Source: Eledone cirrhosa
Lineage: Eukaryota
Reading direction: 5' to 3'
DNA: 64,000 nt
NCBI GenBank assembly: GCA_964016885.1
Contig: OZ024753.1
Span: 5,332,001-5,396,000, forward strand
In this document: piece by piece, positions 1-12,170 of the stretch
Numbering within the stretch: position 1 is the stretch's first letter
How the letters are laid out: every line of letters starts with the position of its first letter
Translations under genes and position numbers: made by a program
The notes under the pieces: model-generated
The model's database searches: none
What the model was told of the DNA's origin: nothing
What the model saw: the letters and a program-made list of their open reading frames with translations, nothing else

Positions 1-243
1 AGTAACTTAACACTATGGAAACCAGGATAAGCAGTGGCCTGATGAGCCTTCAGGCTTGAGACAGATTTTAGAGAAGGAAGAAAGGCAAAATTGAACTTGG
101 CAGGATTTGAACTCAGAATGTAAGGAGCCAGAACAAATACTACAATGTGGCATTTTATCTGATGCTCTACCGATTCTGCCAATCCACTATCCTCAGCTGA
201 TTGATTATATTATTCAAGATCATAATAAGCAGTTTCCACTATA

Positions 244-445
244 TACGTGGGTCAGCCGAAAAGTTCATAGGCTGACCAAGATACTCTCATGGAATAACCA
301 AATGAGGTTTGTTTTTCAACATAGTCCCTAGAAAGAAACAATGCAGTTATCAATAAGAAGAGTTGAAATGAATACATGCAAGATTTCACAATTCTAGCAT
401 CACTCCTTCATAGTCAGCCTATGAACTTTTCATCTGAACCTCGTA
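244..445. mobile_element. Tc1/mariner MITE (related pieces at ~13310-13470, 32820-33145, 57233-57408)
   Basis: TIRs TACG(A/T)GGGTCAGCNGAAAAGTTCATAGGCTGAC at both ends, TA termini. Confidence 0.75.
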
Positions 446-475
446 TATCTGTATGAAGATGAAATAACTACATAC

Positions 476-647
476 CTTGTCACTAATATTTAGATTTGTG
501 TTCTTGATAAGCATATTGGCCGAGTTAATTTTCAACAAAGCTTCATTTTGACGTATCAAGTCCTTAGTGTGATCAGCACAAGACTTGCAGTAGACTTCTA
601 GTATGAGACCAAACCTTACATTTACTTGGCATTCGTGCATTTCTGAC
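476..647 (-). CDS. PIK3CB: PI3K exon 16 (end of helical domain); gene continues beyond position 1
   Basis: aag|(K)SEMHECQVNVRFGLILEVYCKSCADHTKDLIRQNEALLKINSANMLIKNTNLNISDK|gtatgt; SEMH...RFGLILE.YC signature. Confidence 0.93.
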
Positions 648-811
648 CTTGATGATTTAAAGAGAAAGGGGTAAAGAAAAACAGAAAAACAAAATCAAAA
701 TTATGTATAACAAATCACACATATAAAAGAATACAAATTAATAAATATTTTCACATCACTACAGAAAACATGTTTCTTTTTTCTCATCTGAGACTTAAAA
801 AACATAAAGAC

Positions 812-1220
812 CCTCTTCAGATACAAATGACCATGGGATTTACACCTAGAAAGTTCTCTTCTAAGGCACAAGTCCAGGCTCTCTTTAGTCACAAATGACC
901 ATAGGATTTACACCTAGAAAGTTCCCCTCTAAGGCACAAGTCCAGGCCTTTTTCAGTCACAAATGACGATGGAATTTACACCTAGAAAGTTCCCCCTCCA
1001 CGGCACAAGTCCAGTCAAGGTTGGTTGTGGAAGACCAGCAGTTGCCCATGCATACCAGTCTCCCTTCTCCACTCCACCAATACTGTCCAAGGGAAAGGCA
1101 ATGGCCAATACAGCTTGGCATTAGTGTCATCACAACTCATTTCTACAGCTGAGTGAACTGGAGCAGCAAGATAAAAGTGTCTTGTTCAAAGATACAACAC
1201 ACAGCCTGGTCTGGGAATCG
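812..1220 (-). mobile_element. CORE-type SINE with triplicated ~65-bp tail unit
   Basis: Box-B-like GATTCCCAG head and GTGTTG..TTGAACAAGACAC core on the minus strand; gaccatgggatttacacctagaaagtt repeated three times. Confidence 0.6.
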
Positions 1221-1238
1221 ATAAATACCATTTTGCTA

Positions 1239-1585
1239 TACAGTGTACCCTCGGCATTCGCTGTCCCGGTTATTCGCAGAATTTCCCTTAGAACCTAACT
1301 AATAATTGTTTGTGGAAACCACCAAATATTCATGGAATCATAAACATCTTCTGCAATTATTTTTATGGCTTTTTTCGTGGCAATATATATTTTTTTAACA
1401 CTAAGTTATTAATAACAATATACCATATTTGCCGGCCTATTGGACACCACTTTTTTTTATTATATTTTGCATTATATTTTGATGTTTATAAGCATTTTTA
1501 TGGACCACGTCCAATATTCATGGTTTTTCACTCTTCGCGGATGCTCTAGGAACGGAACCCCTGTGAATACCGGGACACAACAGCA
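1239..1585. mobile_element. Tigger/pogo-like MITE (copies at 36598-36890 inverted and 50615-50962)
   Basis: TA-CAGT(G/T)...(C)AACTG-TA termini; internal sequence shared among three copies. Confidence 0.7.
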
Positions 1586-1672
1586 TATTCGATAGACACA
1601 AAGAATTAAAATATACAATAACAACAAACGAACTAAAACAACAAACAAAATAAAGAAACATGAAAAACTTAC

Positions 1673-1816
1673 TTGAGAAGCCAGAAAAATCTATGTCCAA
1701 AACACCGGTTTCGTAAAGCACGACTTAAAAGCAGCTCGACGATTGGACAATACAAATAGGATTCATACTTCAGTATTTGTACTAATTGTAGTAAATACTG
1801 CATGATTTCCTCATCT
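1673..1816 (-). CDS. PIK3CB: PI3K exon 15 (helical domain)
   Basis: tag|(S)[47 protein letters not shown]+AA|gtaagt; [12 protein letters not shown] signature. Confidence 0.95.
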
Positions 1817-2351
1817 CTAAAAATTAAAAATATAAGATTAAAGGGACCAGATAATATTGTGAAATGAGGAAACATTGAAATATTGAAAAAAGTTGTAAAA
1901 GAAATGTATGCTAAACTGGACAAATAACTTCTTCACCAGTTAATATTTTTGTCCAATCAGAAACTTGCAGTTAACAACATTAAGCCTTTAACTTTACATT
2001 ACTCTATATTTACTATTGTATTTTCACGGTAAACACTTTATCTCACATAATATTGAATATGAGATTTTCATATTATTTATTTTGAGAACAATACCTTACC
2101 CCATAACAGACCCCACACCAGATGGCTGGATGGGATTAAGGAAGATCTCCAGAGGCTCGACATCACCTTAGAGGATGTACAGGGGCTGGCATGGGACTAC
2201 CAGTGATTATTGGCACTGGTGGACTTGGTCAGCACTACACATGATGACGCCTCTGGGATTGCTGACCTAGGATGACCCCAGTCCCATCAAGCAAAGAAGG
2301 AGGAAGAGAATATTGAGAAGGTTAAATCTATATTTTGTAAAATTAACTTAC

Positions 2352-2473
2352 GACAGTTCTTGAAGACAACTAACAGCAAATTCTCTCACAGCCCTATCAG
2401 CATATGTAAAATCAAGTAAACCTAAGCTGTGTTCACAGTTCAGTTTTGGCCAACTCATTAATAAAGCTTGCAT
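2352..2473 (-). CDS. PIK3CB: PI3K exon 14 (helical domain)
   Basis: cag|MQALLMSWPKLNCEHSLGLLDFTYADRAVREFAVSCLQEL+TC|gtaagt; LLD..Y.D..VR.FAV.CL motif. Confidence 0.93.
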
Positions 2474-2599
2474 CTGAAAGACAAATATAATATAATAAAT
2501 TGAAAATTAAATAAGAAATATATTATATTAAAAAAATAAATAAACAGGTAAACAAATAAAAATAATAATTTAGATAACTAAAATCGATATAAAAGATAT

Positions 2600-4240
2600 A
2601 AAATACCACCACACACTGCCACATCACCACTAAACATTCCAAATCCACTACTATATACAAATCAGCACTAAACATTGCCAGTTCACCGCTAAACAACCAA
2701 TTCACCACTAGACAATAACAATTCAACACTAAACACTGCCTATTCAGCACTAAACACTGCTAATTAAGCAATAAACACTGCCAATTTACCACTAAAATGC
2801 CAATTCACCAACAAACAGCCAGTTCACCACTATACACTGCCAAATCACTACTATACAATACCAATTCAGCAATAAACACTGCCAATTCAGCACTAAACAA
2901 CCAATTCACAGCTAAACACTACCAATTCACTACTAAACACTGCCAAATCAGTACTTAACACTGCCAATTCAGCCCTAACAGCCAATTCACCACCAAAAAC
3001 GGCCAATTCACCACTATACACTGCCAATTTAGCAATTCAGCAATAAATAAGCAAATTTGAAGCTAAACACTACCAATTCACCACTATACACTGCCAATTC
3101 TCTACTAAATACTACCAATTCAGCAATAAACACTGCCAATTCAGCACTAAACAATGAATTCACAGCTAAACACTACCAATTCACCACTAAATAGCCAATT
3201 CACTACTAAACAGCCAATTCCGTAATAAACACTGCCAATTCAACACTAAACAGTCAATTCACCACCAAAAACAACCAATTAACCACTATACACTGCCAAT
3301 TCAGTACTAAACACTGCCAATTCATCAGCAAGAACTGCCAATTCAGCATTAAACATCGAATTCACGGCTAAACACTACCAATTCAACACTATACACTGCA
3401 AATTCACTACTATACACTACTAAATGAGCACTAAACATTGCCAATTCAGCAATAAACAGTGCCAATTCAGCACTAAACAGTCAATTCACAGCTAAACACT
3501 GCCAATTCAGCACTAGACAGCCAATTCACAGTTAAACATTGCCAATTCAGTACTAAACACTGCCAATTTAGCCCTCAAGTGCCAATTCCCCTCCAAACAC
3601 AGCCAATTCATCACCAGGAACTGCCAATTCAGCACTAAACACTGCCAATCCGGCACTAAACAGTGAATTCACAGCTAAACAATACCAATTCACCACTAAA
3701 CAATGCCAATTCAACAATAAACACTGCCAATTCAGCACTAAACAGCGAATTCACAGCTAAACACTAACAATTCATCACTAAACACTACCAATTCAGTACT
3801 AAACACTGCCAATTCACCACTATACACTGCTAATTCAGTAATAAACACAACCAATTCATCTCTAAACAGCAAATTCACAGCTAAACATTACCAATTCACC
3901 ACTAAACACTGCCAATTCAGTACTAAATACTACCAATTCAACACCAAACACTGTCAATTCAACGCAAAACATATCCAATTCACCACTAAACAGCCAATTC
4001 ACCACTAAATACTGCCAATTCACCACTAAACACTGCCTAATCACCACCAAACACTGCCAATTCACCACTAAACAAAGCCAATTTACCACTAAACACTGCC
4101 AATTCACAACTAAACATTGCCAATTCACTTCTTTCCACTACCAATTCACCACTAAACACTACTAATTTTCTACTATTCACTGCAAATTTACCATTAAACA
4201 TTGCCAATTCACCTCTAAACACTACAATCTACTAATTCTC
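2600..4240. repeat. Intronic minisatellite, ~19-21-bp unit (CACTAAACACTGCCAATTCAC)
   Basis: About 1.6 kb of degenerate tandem units between exons 13 and 14. Confidence 0.95.
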
Positions 4241-4339
4241 CCATTTACCCATATTTATTGATTATTTATGGAGGAGATAGTAGCCGGTGGTGTTCATTAT
4301 TGAAAATCTTTTTTATCTTTGAAAACATTTATTTTTTAC

Positions 4340-4525
4340 CTTTGAAAGATCTATATTGTTATTCCATTTAACAGATGACAGCAGCAAAGGTAGAGAATTG
4401 GGAAACCGATGTTTGATTTCATGACGTAATCGCCATAGAAGTTCTTTATCCTGTTCAAAGAGAGCATTTCCTTCTTCGATGATTTTCCGTACTTGGTCAA
4501 TTACAATCTTGTTAGATCTCCACAT
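4340..4525 (-). CDS. PIK3CB: PI3K exon 13 (helical domain)
   Basis: tag|MWRSNKIVIDQVRKIIEEGNALFEQDKELLWRLRHEIKHRFPNSLPLLLSSVKWNNNIDLSK|gtaaaa; LP-LLLSVKWN motif. Confidence 0.93.
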
Positions 4526-5618
4526 CTATCAAAAGAAATAATTTTAATAATTCAAACATTTTTTTTTTCACAGTTTATTGATATTATCTCAATGACAGCA
4601 ATTTCCTACATTGATAGACAAAACCAACTGGCAGGAAATCTCCAAGCAGGGGTAGATAGACCCTGATCAAGCTGGTCTCACTTGGGAATCCAGTCAGATC
4701 AGTTGGAGACAGTTGCTTCTAACAGAACCAGCTGGAAGGAGTGTTTGAGGACTCTGTCCCTACCCCTCACGACCTTCTCAGCTTTACCTAAATAAATAAC
4801 AAAGAACTCATCATTATTATTACTATTATTATTATTGTTGTTGTTGTTGTTGTAATTTGGCTCACAATGGTAAGGTGGTGAGTTCCATTCCGGGTGAGGC
4901 ATTATGTCCTTTATTTCTCATTGCTTTAGTTCACTTAGCTGGCTGGCAATAAAATAAGTAATTAAAGTCATATTTGTATCATGCTGAATCTCAATGAGAA
5001 CTACATTAAAGGTATGCATACATCAGCCAAAGTTGACCTCGGCGGGATTTGAACTCAGAATGGAAAGGGCCGTAACTCTATGCGTCAAAGCATGACGTCT
5101 GACCCTCTACCGGTACTGCCAATCCACCGCCACAATAATAATAATGATTTTATTTAATAATAATAATAATAATGGTTTCTGATTTAGGCACAAGGCCAGC
5201 AATTTGAAGGGGAGGGGACAGTCGATTAAATAATCCCCAGTGCATGACCAGTGCTTTATCTTATCTCCCCTGTAAGGATGAAAGGCAAAGCCAATTTCAA
5301 TGGGATTTGAACTCAGAACATAAAGAGCCATAACTCTATGTTGCAAAGCATGTTGTCTGATACTCGACCAACACTGCAATAATAATACTTGTCCTGAGAA
5401 GGGCATTATCAATTTAAATACCTTGGAAAGACATTTATTGTGGTTTGTGCCCTTATGACATCATTTATTTGACAACTGATTGTATCAAATTTTGCCTCAG
5501 ATGTCAGGTTGACATTTGACAAGATATGGGAAAGAAGTAGAATTCAAAGGAAGTTTCAAATAAAGATAACAACAACACAAGCTGTAAATAAATGTGAATA
5601 GAGAAACAATAGACTTAC

Positions 5619-5672
5619 TGGAGAACCAAATGAACCAACAGGTTCCATATTTTCAGCAGCTTTACCTAAAAT
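5619..5672 (-). CDS. PIK3CB: PI3K exon 12 (C2-helical linker, 54 nt)
   Basis: cag|ILGKAAENMEPVGSFGSP|gtaagt; resembles p110beta IIEKAAE. Confidence 0.82.
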
Positions 5673-6679
5673 CTGTCAAGAATAAAAAAAAAAAGTATTT
5701 CTTTTGTGGCATAAAACATTAATCTCTTCAGTGCCACAGACGAGATAACTCATCCTAACATGTTTGAACTCCTTTCCAACATTTCATAACTTCAAAGTTA
5801 TGAACACGTTTCCAACAGTTCATAATTTCAAAGCTAGATGGGGTTACTAGTTTATTGATGTGACGTTTGTCAATCAAAATATTCATTTTACTGAAAAAAA
5901 AAACAGCACAGCAACTGTAGCTGTGTAAAATAAATGCAGCAGTCAACAAGTCTTTATATATTTATTTTTCCTCAAGTTACACATACTCCCTTGTTAATTT
6001 CACCATAACAAATGCAACAAACCACTCTTTGGCCTGTTAGAAATATGTAAGCAATGAGAGTATTGCTCACTAATTGCAGTATAACATTTTTAATAATAGT
6101 AGTAATAATAATAGGGATTGCAATACAGATGGAACACTTACAAAAAAATAACATTGCTTCAAACAGTTTGAATACTCCGAAGGGTACTCGAAAAATAAGG
6201 GGTGTTACCTCAATTTACTGGTAATGAACAGCTAATACATCTCCAGCGTTAGAAGCTGAGCAAGAAACAATGATAATAATAATTGTTTCTATTCTACTTT
6301 AGGCACAAGGCCAGCAATTTTGGGGGAGGGGGGGAAAGTCGATTAAATCAACTCCAGTGCATTACTGGTACTTTATTTTATTCACCCCGTATCAAGCCCC
6401 GTTGGGAGCAAACAATCTCCTAATTACTGCAGTATCTTGTATAATTGTTTCTACTTTTGGCACAAGGCCAGCAATTACTCCAGTGCATTACTGTCGCTTT
6501 ATTTTATCGACCCCGTAAGGATGAAAAGCAAAGCTAACCTCAGCGAGATTTGAACTCAGAACGTAAAGGGCCATAACTCTATGTTGCAAAGCATGGTGTC
6601 TGACGCTCTACTGATACTGCCAATCCACCACCCTAGAGAACACCAATATTGAAAGAATATTTCATACAACAAATCATAC

Positions 6680-6783
6680 CTCTTTTTTTTGTGGATACAC
6701 AATCCTCTTATCTCTGTTATATGTCGAGAAATAGACACGAAGAGTTGTAGCTTTCTTACCGGCAGGATTTGGAGTTACAGTTC
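6680..6783 (-). CDS. PIK3CB: PI3K exon 11 (C2 end)
   Basis: cag|(G)TVTPNPAGKKATTLRVYFSTYNRDKRIVYPQKKE|gtatga; GTV..NP motif. Confidence 0.9.
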
Positions 6784-7200
6784 CTGGGTGCAGGAAAACA
6801 AAAACATCATTAACATATCTTTTTTTTTTCCATTTTACATTGTTTACAAAAATCTATTTATATATTGTGTATTTGTCTGTCGTAAGAGATGACTGACAAA
6901 GTAAGGGGTGATGACAAACTGAGAAAGAAGGGGTGATATTGACTGAGAAAGGAAGTAGTGATAACGTCAACTGAGAAAGGAAGGGGTGATAATGTTGGAC
7001 TGGGTACATTTTATCAGGGCATCAATACCAACATTTTCTAAGGTGGACTGGATACATTTTATAAGGGCATTAACGCTAACATTTTATAAGGTTTACAGAG
7101 TACATTTTAATAGGGCACCAACACTAGAGAGGTTGTCACATGCTAGGCCAGATTGAAGAATCCTCTCAAATCATAAAATAAAAAGATATATATAACTTAC

Positions 7201-7333
7201 CGATAGGAAAGCAAGGTTCATCTAATTGTAGATCATCTTGGATTGGCCACATATACAATTCACAAATGTTACATCGAAGCTGAGATTTGAAATCAAACAA
7301 TGGGACATTTGCCCAAGCTAACGGGCTTGCATC
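7201..7333 (-). CDS. PIK3CB: PI3K exon 10 (C2 domain)
   Basis: aag|DASPLAWANVPLFDFKSQLRCNICELYMWPIQDDLQLDEPCFPI+G|gtaagt; PLAWxN..LFD(F/Y)K motif. Confidence 0.93.
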
Positions 7334-7524
7334 CTTGAAAAATTCAAAAATAAACCAGAAAGAGAAGAAATATTAAAAATAACAATAAGGGCAATGAATA
7401 AATGAATTAACCAATAAATCAACTGATCAATTAACCAATCAATCAATCACTGAATCAATCAAACATTTGGTCATCACAAGAAGGGAGGTAGGTGTAAAAG
7501 GTAAACTTGCTATCTTCCATACAG

Positions 7525-7665
7525 AAACAGAAAAAAGAAGAAAACAAAAGAGAAGAGAGAAAGAAAGAAGAGAAAAAAGAAGAAAACAAAAGAGAAGAGA
7601 GAAAGAAAGAAGAGAAAAAAGAAGAAAACGATAGAGAGAGAGAGAAAGAAAGAAGAGCAAAAGAA
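7525..7665. repeat. Purine-rich ~42-bp tandem repeat
   Basis: aaaaaagaagaaaacaaaagagaagagagaaagaaagaagag x3. Confidence 0.8.
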
Positions 7666-7698
7666 GAAAATGAATAAATGAAAAGAGAAAATGTTTAC

Positions 7699-7899
7699 CT
7701 TATTCTTCTTATTCTTCCCTGTGCCAACAGAATACAACATGAAACAGATCCGGGTCATCTCCGGGAGGTCACTGACCATGTGGTCAAAGGTCAATTCTGC
7801 ATTCCAGACACAGGTCCGTTGTGAGAGAGTCTGTTCATCTGTTGAGGCGACATCACACAACACCTCATGACCAAGATAGAGACCTGCAACTACCTTTAT
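7699..7899 (-). CDS. PIK3CB: PI3K exon 9 (C2 domain)
   Basis: cag|IKVVAGLYLGHEVLCDVASTDEQTLSQRTCVWNAELTFDHMVSDLPEMTRICFMLYSVGTGKNKKNK|gtaaac; C2 motifs AGLxHG-E-LC, WNE-L-FD, DLP. Confidence 0.93.
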
Positions 7900-9077
7900 C
7901 TGATCAGAAATAATACAGAATTAGAAATTAAATTATAACAATTTGCAACAGATATATATATATAATGAATACACATTTTTTCGCAAAACATTTTTTTTGT
8001 TCCTTCCTCTTCTCACTCTCTATCTTTCCATTTCATCTTTTATTTCCCATTCAATCTTCTGATGAAGGATGTTTTAAGTTCTTTCTTAGTTTCGTATTAT
8101 TGGTAAAAAAAAATAGCGTGAGCTAATAATAATAATATGCATGGGAGCTTAATAATAATAATAATATGCATGGGAGCTTAAGTATATATACAATATATAT
8201 ACTTAAGCTCCCCCACCCACCGAATCCCTAAACTATAACAGAAGCTCTGGTAATAGAAGGTTTCTCTCTACAAATGAAAGGCCAGCTGTATGAGGCCTAT
8301 GTGTGATGTGCAATGCTGCTTAGCAATGAGACATGGGATGTGAATATAGAGGATATATGTGAAGGTTGGAGACAAATGAAGCAAGAATGTTCTGATGAAT
8401 GTGAATGACAAAACATGAATGAGCTGAGAGAGAAAAGCTGGGTATAAGAGGAATCAGATGTAGTGTGCAGGAGAGAAGACTGTGCTAGTATAGACATGTG
8501 ATAAATATCAATTCTCAGACCGGGTGATGTGTTGTTTCCTTGAGCAAGACACTTTATTTCACGTTGCTCCAGTTTACTCAGCTGTAGAAATGAGATTATA
8601 GGGACTGGGATCCCTATCATTCCACTGTAATGTGGTCGTGGAGGTGCCACGGCAAAAAATATCCCAGCACTCACTGTAAATGAGGTTGGTGTTAGGAAGG
8701 GCATCCAGCTGTAGAAATCAAGCCAGAATCAGTTCCCGTCCCACCCTTGCAAGCAGGGAAAAGCGGACGTAAAATGATGATGATGATGAATGATGATGAT
8801 TGCTGGATGAAGTAGTGCTAAGAAATTGCAGTAGAAGGAAGCTGCAATAGAGGGAGACCAAGGAAGAACTGGGCAGAAGTTGTGAAAGCTGTTCTCAAAT
8901 TGCTGAAGCTCTCAGAGGAGATGATGAAAGACCACAGTGAATGGAGAGATGTTGTGTTGTAAAAAAAAACATCTAACCCATGTAAGCAAGGAAAAGCAGG
9001 CTTAAAATGGTGAAGATGGTGTGGTGGTGATGATGGAGATGAAGATAATGATGATGACTAGAAGTGTATAAACTTAC

Positions 9078-9241
9078 TCTGTTGCCATCCGAAATTTCCA
9101 CTTGAGTAACACAATTGATCTTGATAGTGACTTTTGAAAAAATATCCCAAGAGTATATCTCTGGTATGGCTGTATTGTCATTAGAATTCCATACAGGGTG
9201 TGAAGTTGAAGATTTCCTGGGTGGTATAATAGGAGCTGGTA
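9078..9241 (-). CDS. PIK3CB: PI3K exon 8 (RBD-C2 linker, C2 start)
   Basis: cag|(L)PAPIIPPRKSSTSHPVWNSNDNTAIPEIYSWDIFSKVTIKINCVTQVEISDGNR|gtaagt. Confidence 0.88.
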
Positions 9242-10131
9242 CTGAAAAATATATGACAATTTTAACAAAAATTAATTTTAAAATATCAGAGAAAAAAAAA
9301 TCGCTGGACAAATTTTACAAGTAAAACCAGCAGAAGACCCAGAGGTAGACACCAAGCAACATGGTTAGATGACATCCATGAGTTCGGCTGGTCTCGCGTG
9401 GGGTTCCAGCCAGATCAATTGGAGACGGTTGCTTCTGACAAGACCCGCTGGAAGAAGTACTTGAGGATTCTGCTCCCACAACGATCTCAAGAATAAGTGG
9501 GTGAAGAAGGAGGAGGAGGGTCATGCTGCCAATAAAAACACATGCACCTTGGTTGGTTTTCCTTTCATATATATATGTTTCTGTGTGTGTATATATGTTT
9601 CAACATCCTTTTTTCCATACTTGCATGGGCTGGAACTGTATTTTGGCTGTGGATTTTTACAGCTGGATGCCCATTCTTACACCAACCACATTTACAGTGT
9701 GGAAATATATATATACATGGGCTTCTGTAAAGTTTCTGTTACCCAAATTTTACTCACAAGACATTGGTTGGCCTGAGGCTCCCTGCAGTGGAATGGAACC
9801 CAAAACCCTATGACTGCACCTATAATTTATTATAATGGTTTCTGATTTAGGCACAAGACCAACAAATTCGAGGCAATAGTCAATTAAATTGATTCCAGTG
9901 CATTACCGGTGCTTTATTTTATTGACCCCATAAGGATGAAAGGCAAAGCTAACCTCGGCAGGGTTTGAAGTCAGAACGTAAAGGGCCTTAACTCTATCTC
10001 ATAAAGCATGTTGTCCTACGCTCTACTGATACTTCCAATCCACAAACATTTTAAGGTGTGGCATGGAGGAAGAGAAGTGGAAGAAAGAGCAACAAATAGA
10101 ACTCATTCAGCACAACAATAAAAGTACTTAC

Positions 10132-10201
10132 GGGGAACTTCTGACCGAGACACCAAACATATCTTGGGAACACAGTCCTTGTGTAGACATTCATAAATAA
10201 A
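10132..10201 (-). CDS. PIK3CB: PI3K exon 7 (RBD end)
   Basis: tag|FIYECLHKDCVPKICLVSRSEVP+C|gtaagt; 70 nt. Confidence 0.85.
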
Positions 10202-10265
10202 CTAAAATACATACAAAAGAAAGAGAAGAAAACAACAATAAACAAGGGCTATGATTTTAGAGTGT

Positions 10266-10476
10266 TTAACCCTTTAGCATTTAAACCGGCCATATCCAAC
10301 CAGAATTCCCTCACCTCTTTCTGTTCAAACCAGCTGTAACTGGATGCTCAGACTGATGTGAAGGTATTGTTCTCAAAATAAATATCAAAATCTCATAGAT
10401 CCAATATTATGTGACATAAAGTGTTTGCAATGAAAATACAATAGTAAATATATTAATGTAAATGCTAAAGGGTTAA
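10266..10476. mobile_element. piggyBac-like MITE (copies at 26273-26761, 27599-27812, 31236-31441, 33167-33343, 42871-43100; fragments at 1981, 17140, 35350, 35890, 56100)
   Basis: TTAA-CCCTTTAGCATT ... AATGCTAAAGGG-TTAA: TTAA target site and CCC termini. Confidence 0.85.
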
Positions 10477-10777
10477 GGGGTCTCAAATTCGGTTTTATAG
10501 GGTGTTTCAAAAAATTGACGCCTGAGTACAGCAGATTTCTTCCAGAGAGAGGAAGAATCGACCCCAGTACTAGACTGGTACTTTTATTTATCGACCTTGA
10601 AAGGAGCATAGATTTAAATAAACATTTACATCATATTGCATAAAAATACATAAATATATATTATATATTTATGTATAATATATATATATTTTTATATTAT
10701 ACATAAAAGGTTATTACCTTAAAATCTGAGAGCATGTTTTCCATATAAATATATATTATATATTATATATAGAGATA

Positions 10778-10950
10778 TACAATGAAATTCCGATATAATG
10801 AAATTCACGGGATATAAAAAAATTTGCTGTAACAAAAAATTCTTTATAACAAGATCAACAAAAACAAATCAAGCATTTGTTTGTTATTAACTCAGGGATG
10901 GAAAAAAATTTTGTTTTAATGGTATTTGTTATACCGGAATTTTACCTGTA
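10778..10950. mobile_element. Small Tc1/pogo-like MITE
   Basis: Imperfect TIRs TACAATGAAATTCCGATATAA / TTATACCGGAATTTTACCTGTA. Confidence 0.55.
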
Positions 10951-11013
10951 TTATATATTTATGTATAATATATACTATATTTATATATTATATTATACAT
11001 AAATGGACATTAC

Positions 11014-11187
11014 CTTAAAATCTATGAGAGCATGTTTTCCATATAAATATTCATCCAATCCAGATACTTTGAGCAAATAATTAGTTGGATCTGAGTCTTT
11101 AAGTTCCAGTGTCTTAGCTTGTACTTTTACCAAATGTGACACTAACTGTTTCGGGTAAGAATTAGCCAATACTTCTTCTTTGACAAC
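11014..11187 (-). CDS. PIK3CB: PI3K exon 6 (Ras-binding domain)
   Basis: tag|VVKEEVLANSYPKQLVSHLVKVQAKTLELKDSDPTNYLLKVSGLDEYLYGKHALIDFK|gtaatg; Y-L-KV-G-DEY RBD motif. Confidence 0.9.
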
Positions 11188-11429
11188 CTAGAATTAAAAA
11201 TTGATAATAATAATTATAATTATAAACAATCATTATTTCTTTATTTATTATTATTTTTTTATTATTATTATTTTATTATTATTTTTTATTATTATTTTTT
11301 ATCCTTATTTATTATTCTTATTATATTATTATTATTTTAGAATTTGAAATTGGTGAAAATTGTCAAAAATAGTAATTCCGAATATAAGCAAGGAGGAAGA
11401 GCAACCTTCATGAAAAATCCCTTGATAGT

Positions 11430-12170
11430 ATCTTCTTTAAGAAAACGGAATTTAGAGATCCACAGACATGGAATGCTAATGGCTGCGCAAGAGCAAGCCC
11501 TCAGAACAAAGTGGGTGAAACACCATATTGACAAGGAGGAGGCTAGCTCACTGTGTAGGATCTGTTGAGAGAGAGAGAAGAGACTGTGTAAACACCTAGC
11601 CCAGACTCACTATAAAGGCTGGAGACATGATGTGATAGGCAGAGTGATCCACTGGCATCTATACAAAGTAAACAATTTACCACATTCTGAGAAGTGGTAT
11701 GAGCATAAGCTAGAGTTGGTGATAGAAAACGATCAGGTGAAGCTGCTATGGGATTTTAGGATACAGACGGACAAGAAATTAGAACACAATAGGCCTGACC
11801 TGGTGGTTTTGGACAAGGAAAAAAGATTGGCCTGATTGTAGATGTAGCCTGCCCATTTTACACGAGAGTGCAAGAAAAGGAGAGGGAGAAAATTAACCGA
11901 TACCAAGATTTAAAGTGGGAGCTAAAAAGGATTTGGAACTGCCATGAAATCAAGGTCATCCCGATTGTCATAGGCGCACTAGGTACTATCTCAAAGAGTT
12001 TCCAAGGATGGTTAAAAAAGATTAGTCCAGCCCCGTTTTTTGGAATATTTCAAAAGGCATGCTTGCTGGGAACAGCAAGAACCCTCCGATATGTCCTGGT
12101 AGTGGTAGTGGCTTGATATTCATTTCAACAAACTTTCCAATTAAATAACATCAATGACTGAGACTCAAAG
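11430..12170 (+). mobile_element. 3' fragment of R4/Dong-like RLE non-LTR retrotransposon (decayed)
   Basis: AAQEQAL..., CRIC zinc knuckle, RHD, LLWDFRIQTD..HNRPDLV, KINRYQDL, IPIVIGALG across broken frames; followed by a (TAA)n tract. Confidence 0.85.

Noticed and set aside
36-66. CTGATGA-GCC-TTCA-GGC hammerhead-like start
   Set aside because: No GAAA or stem I; looks like a retroposon 3' tail.
2523-4222. Repetitive ORFs (VVNWQCL)n and a CRISPR-like look of the array
   Set aside because: Tandem minisatellite without unique spacers, inside an intron of a eukaryotic gene; no cas genes.
8055-8095. CTGATGAAGG motif (similar ATGATGAAGG at ~61291)
   Set aside because: No downstream GAAA/UH or stem I; at most a truncated remnant.
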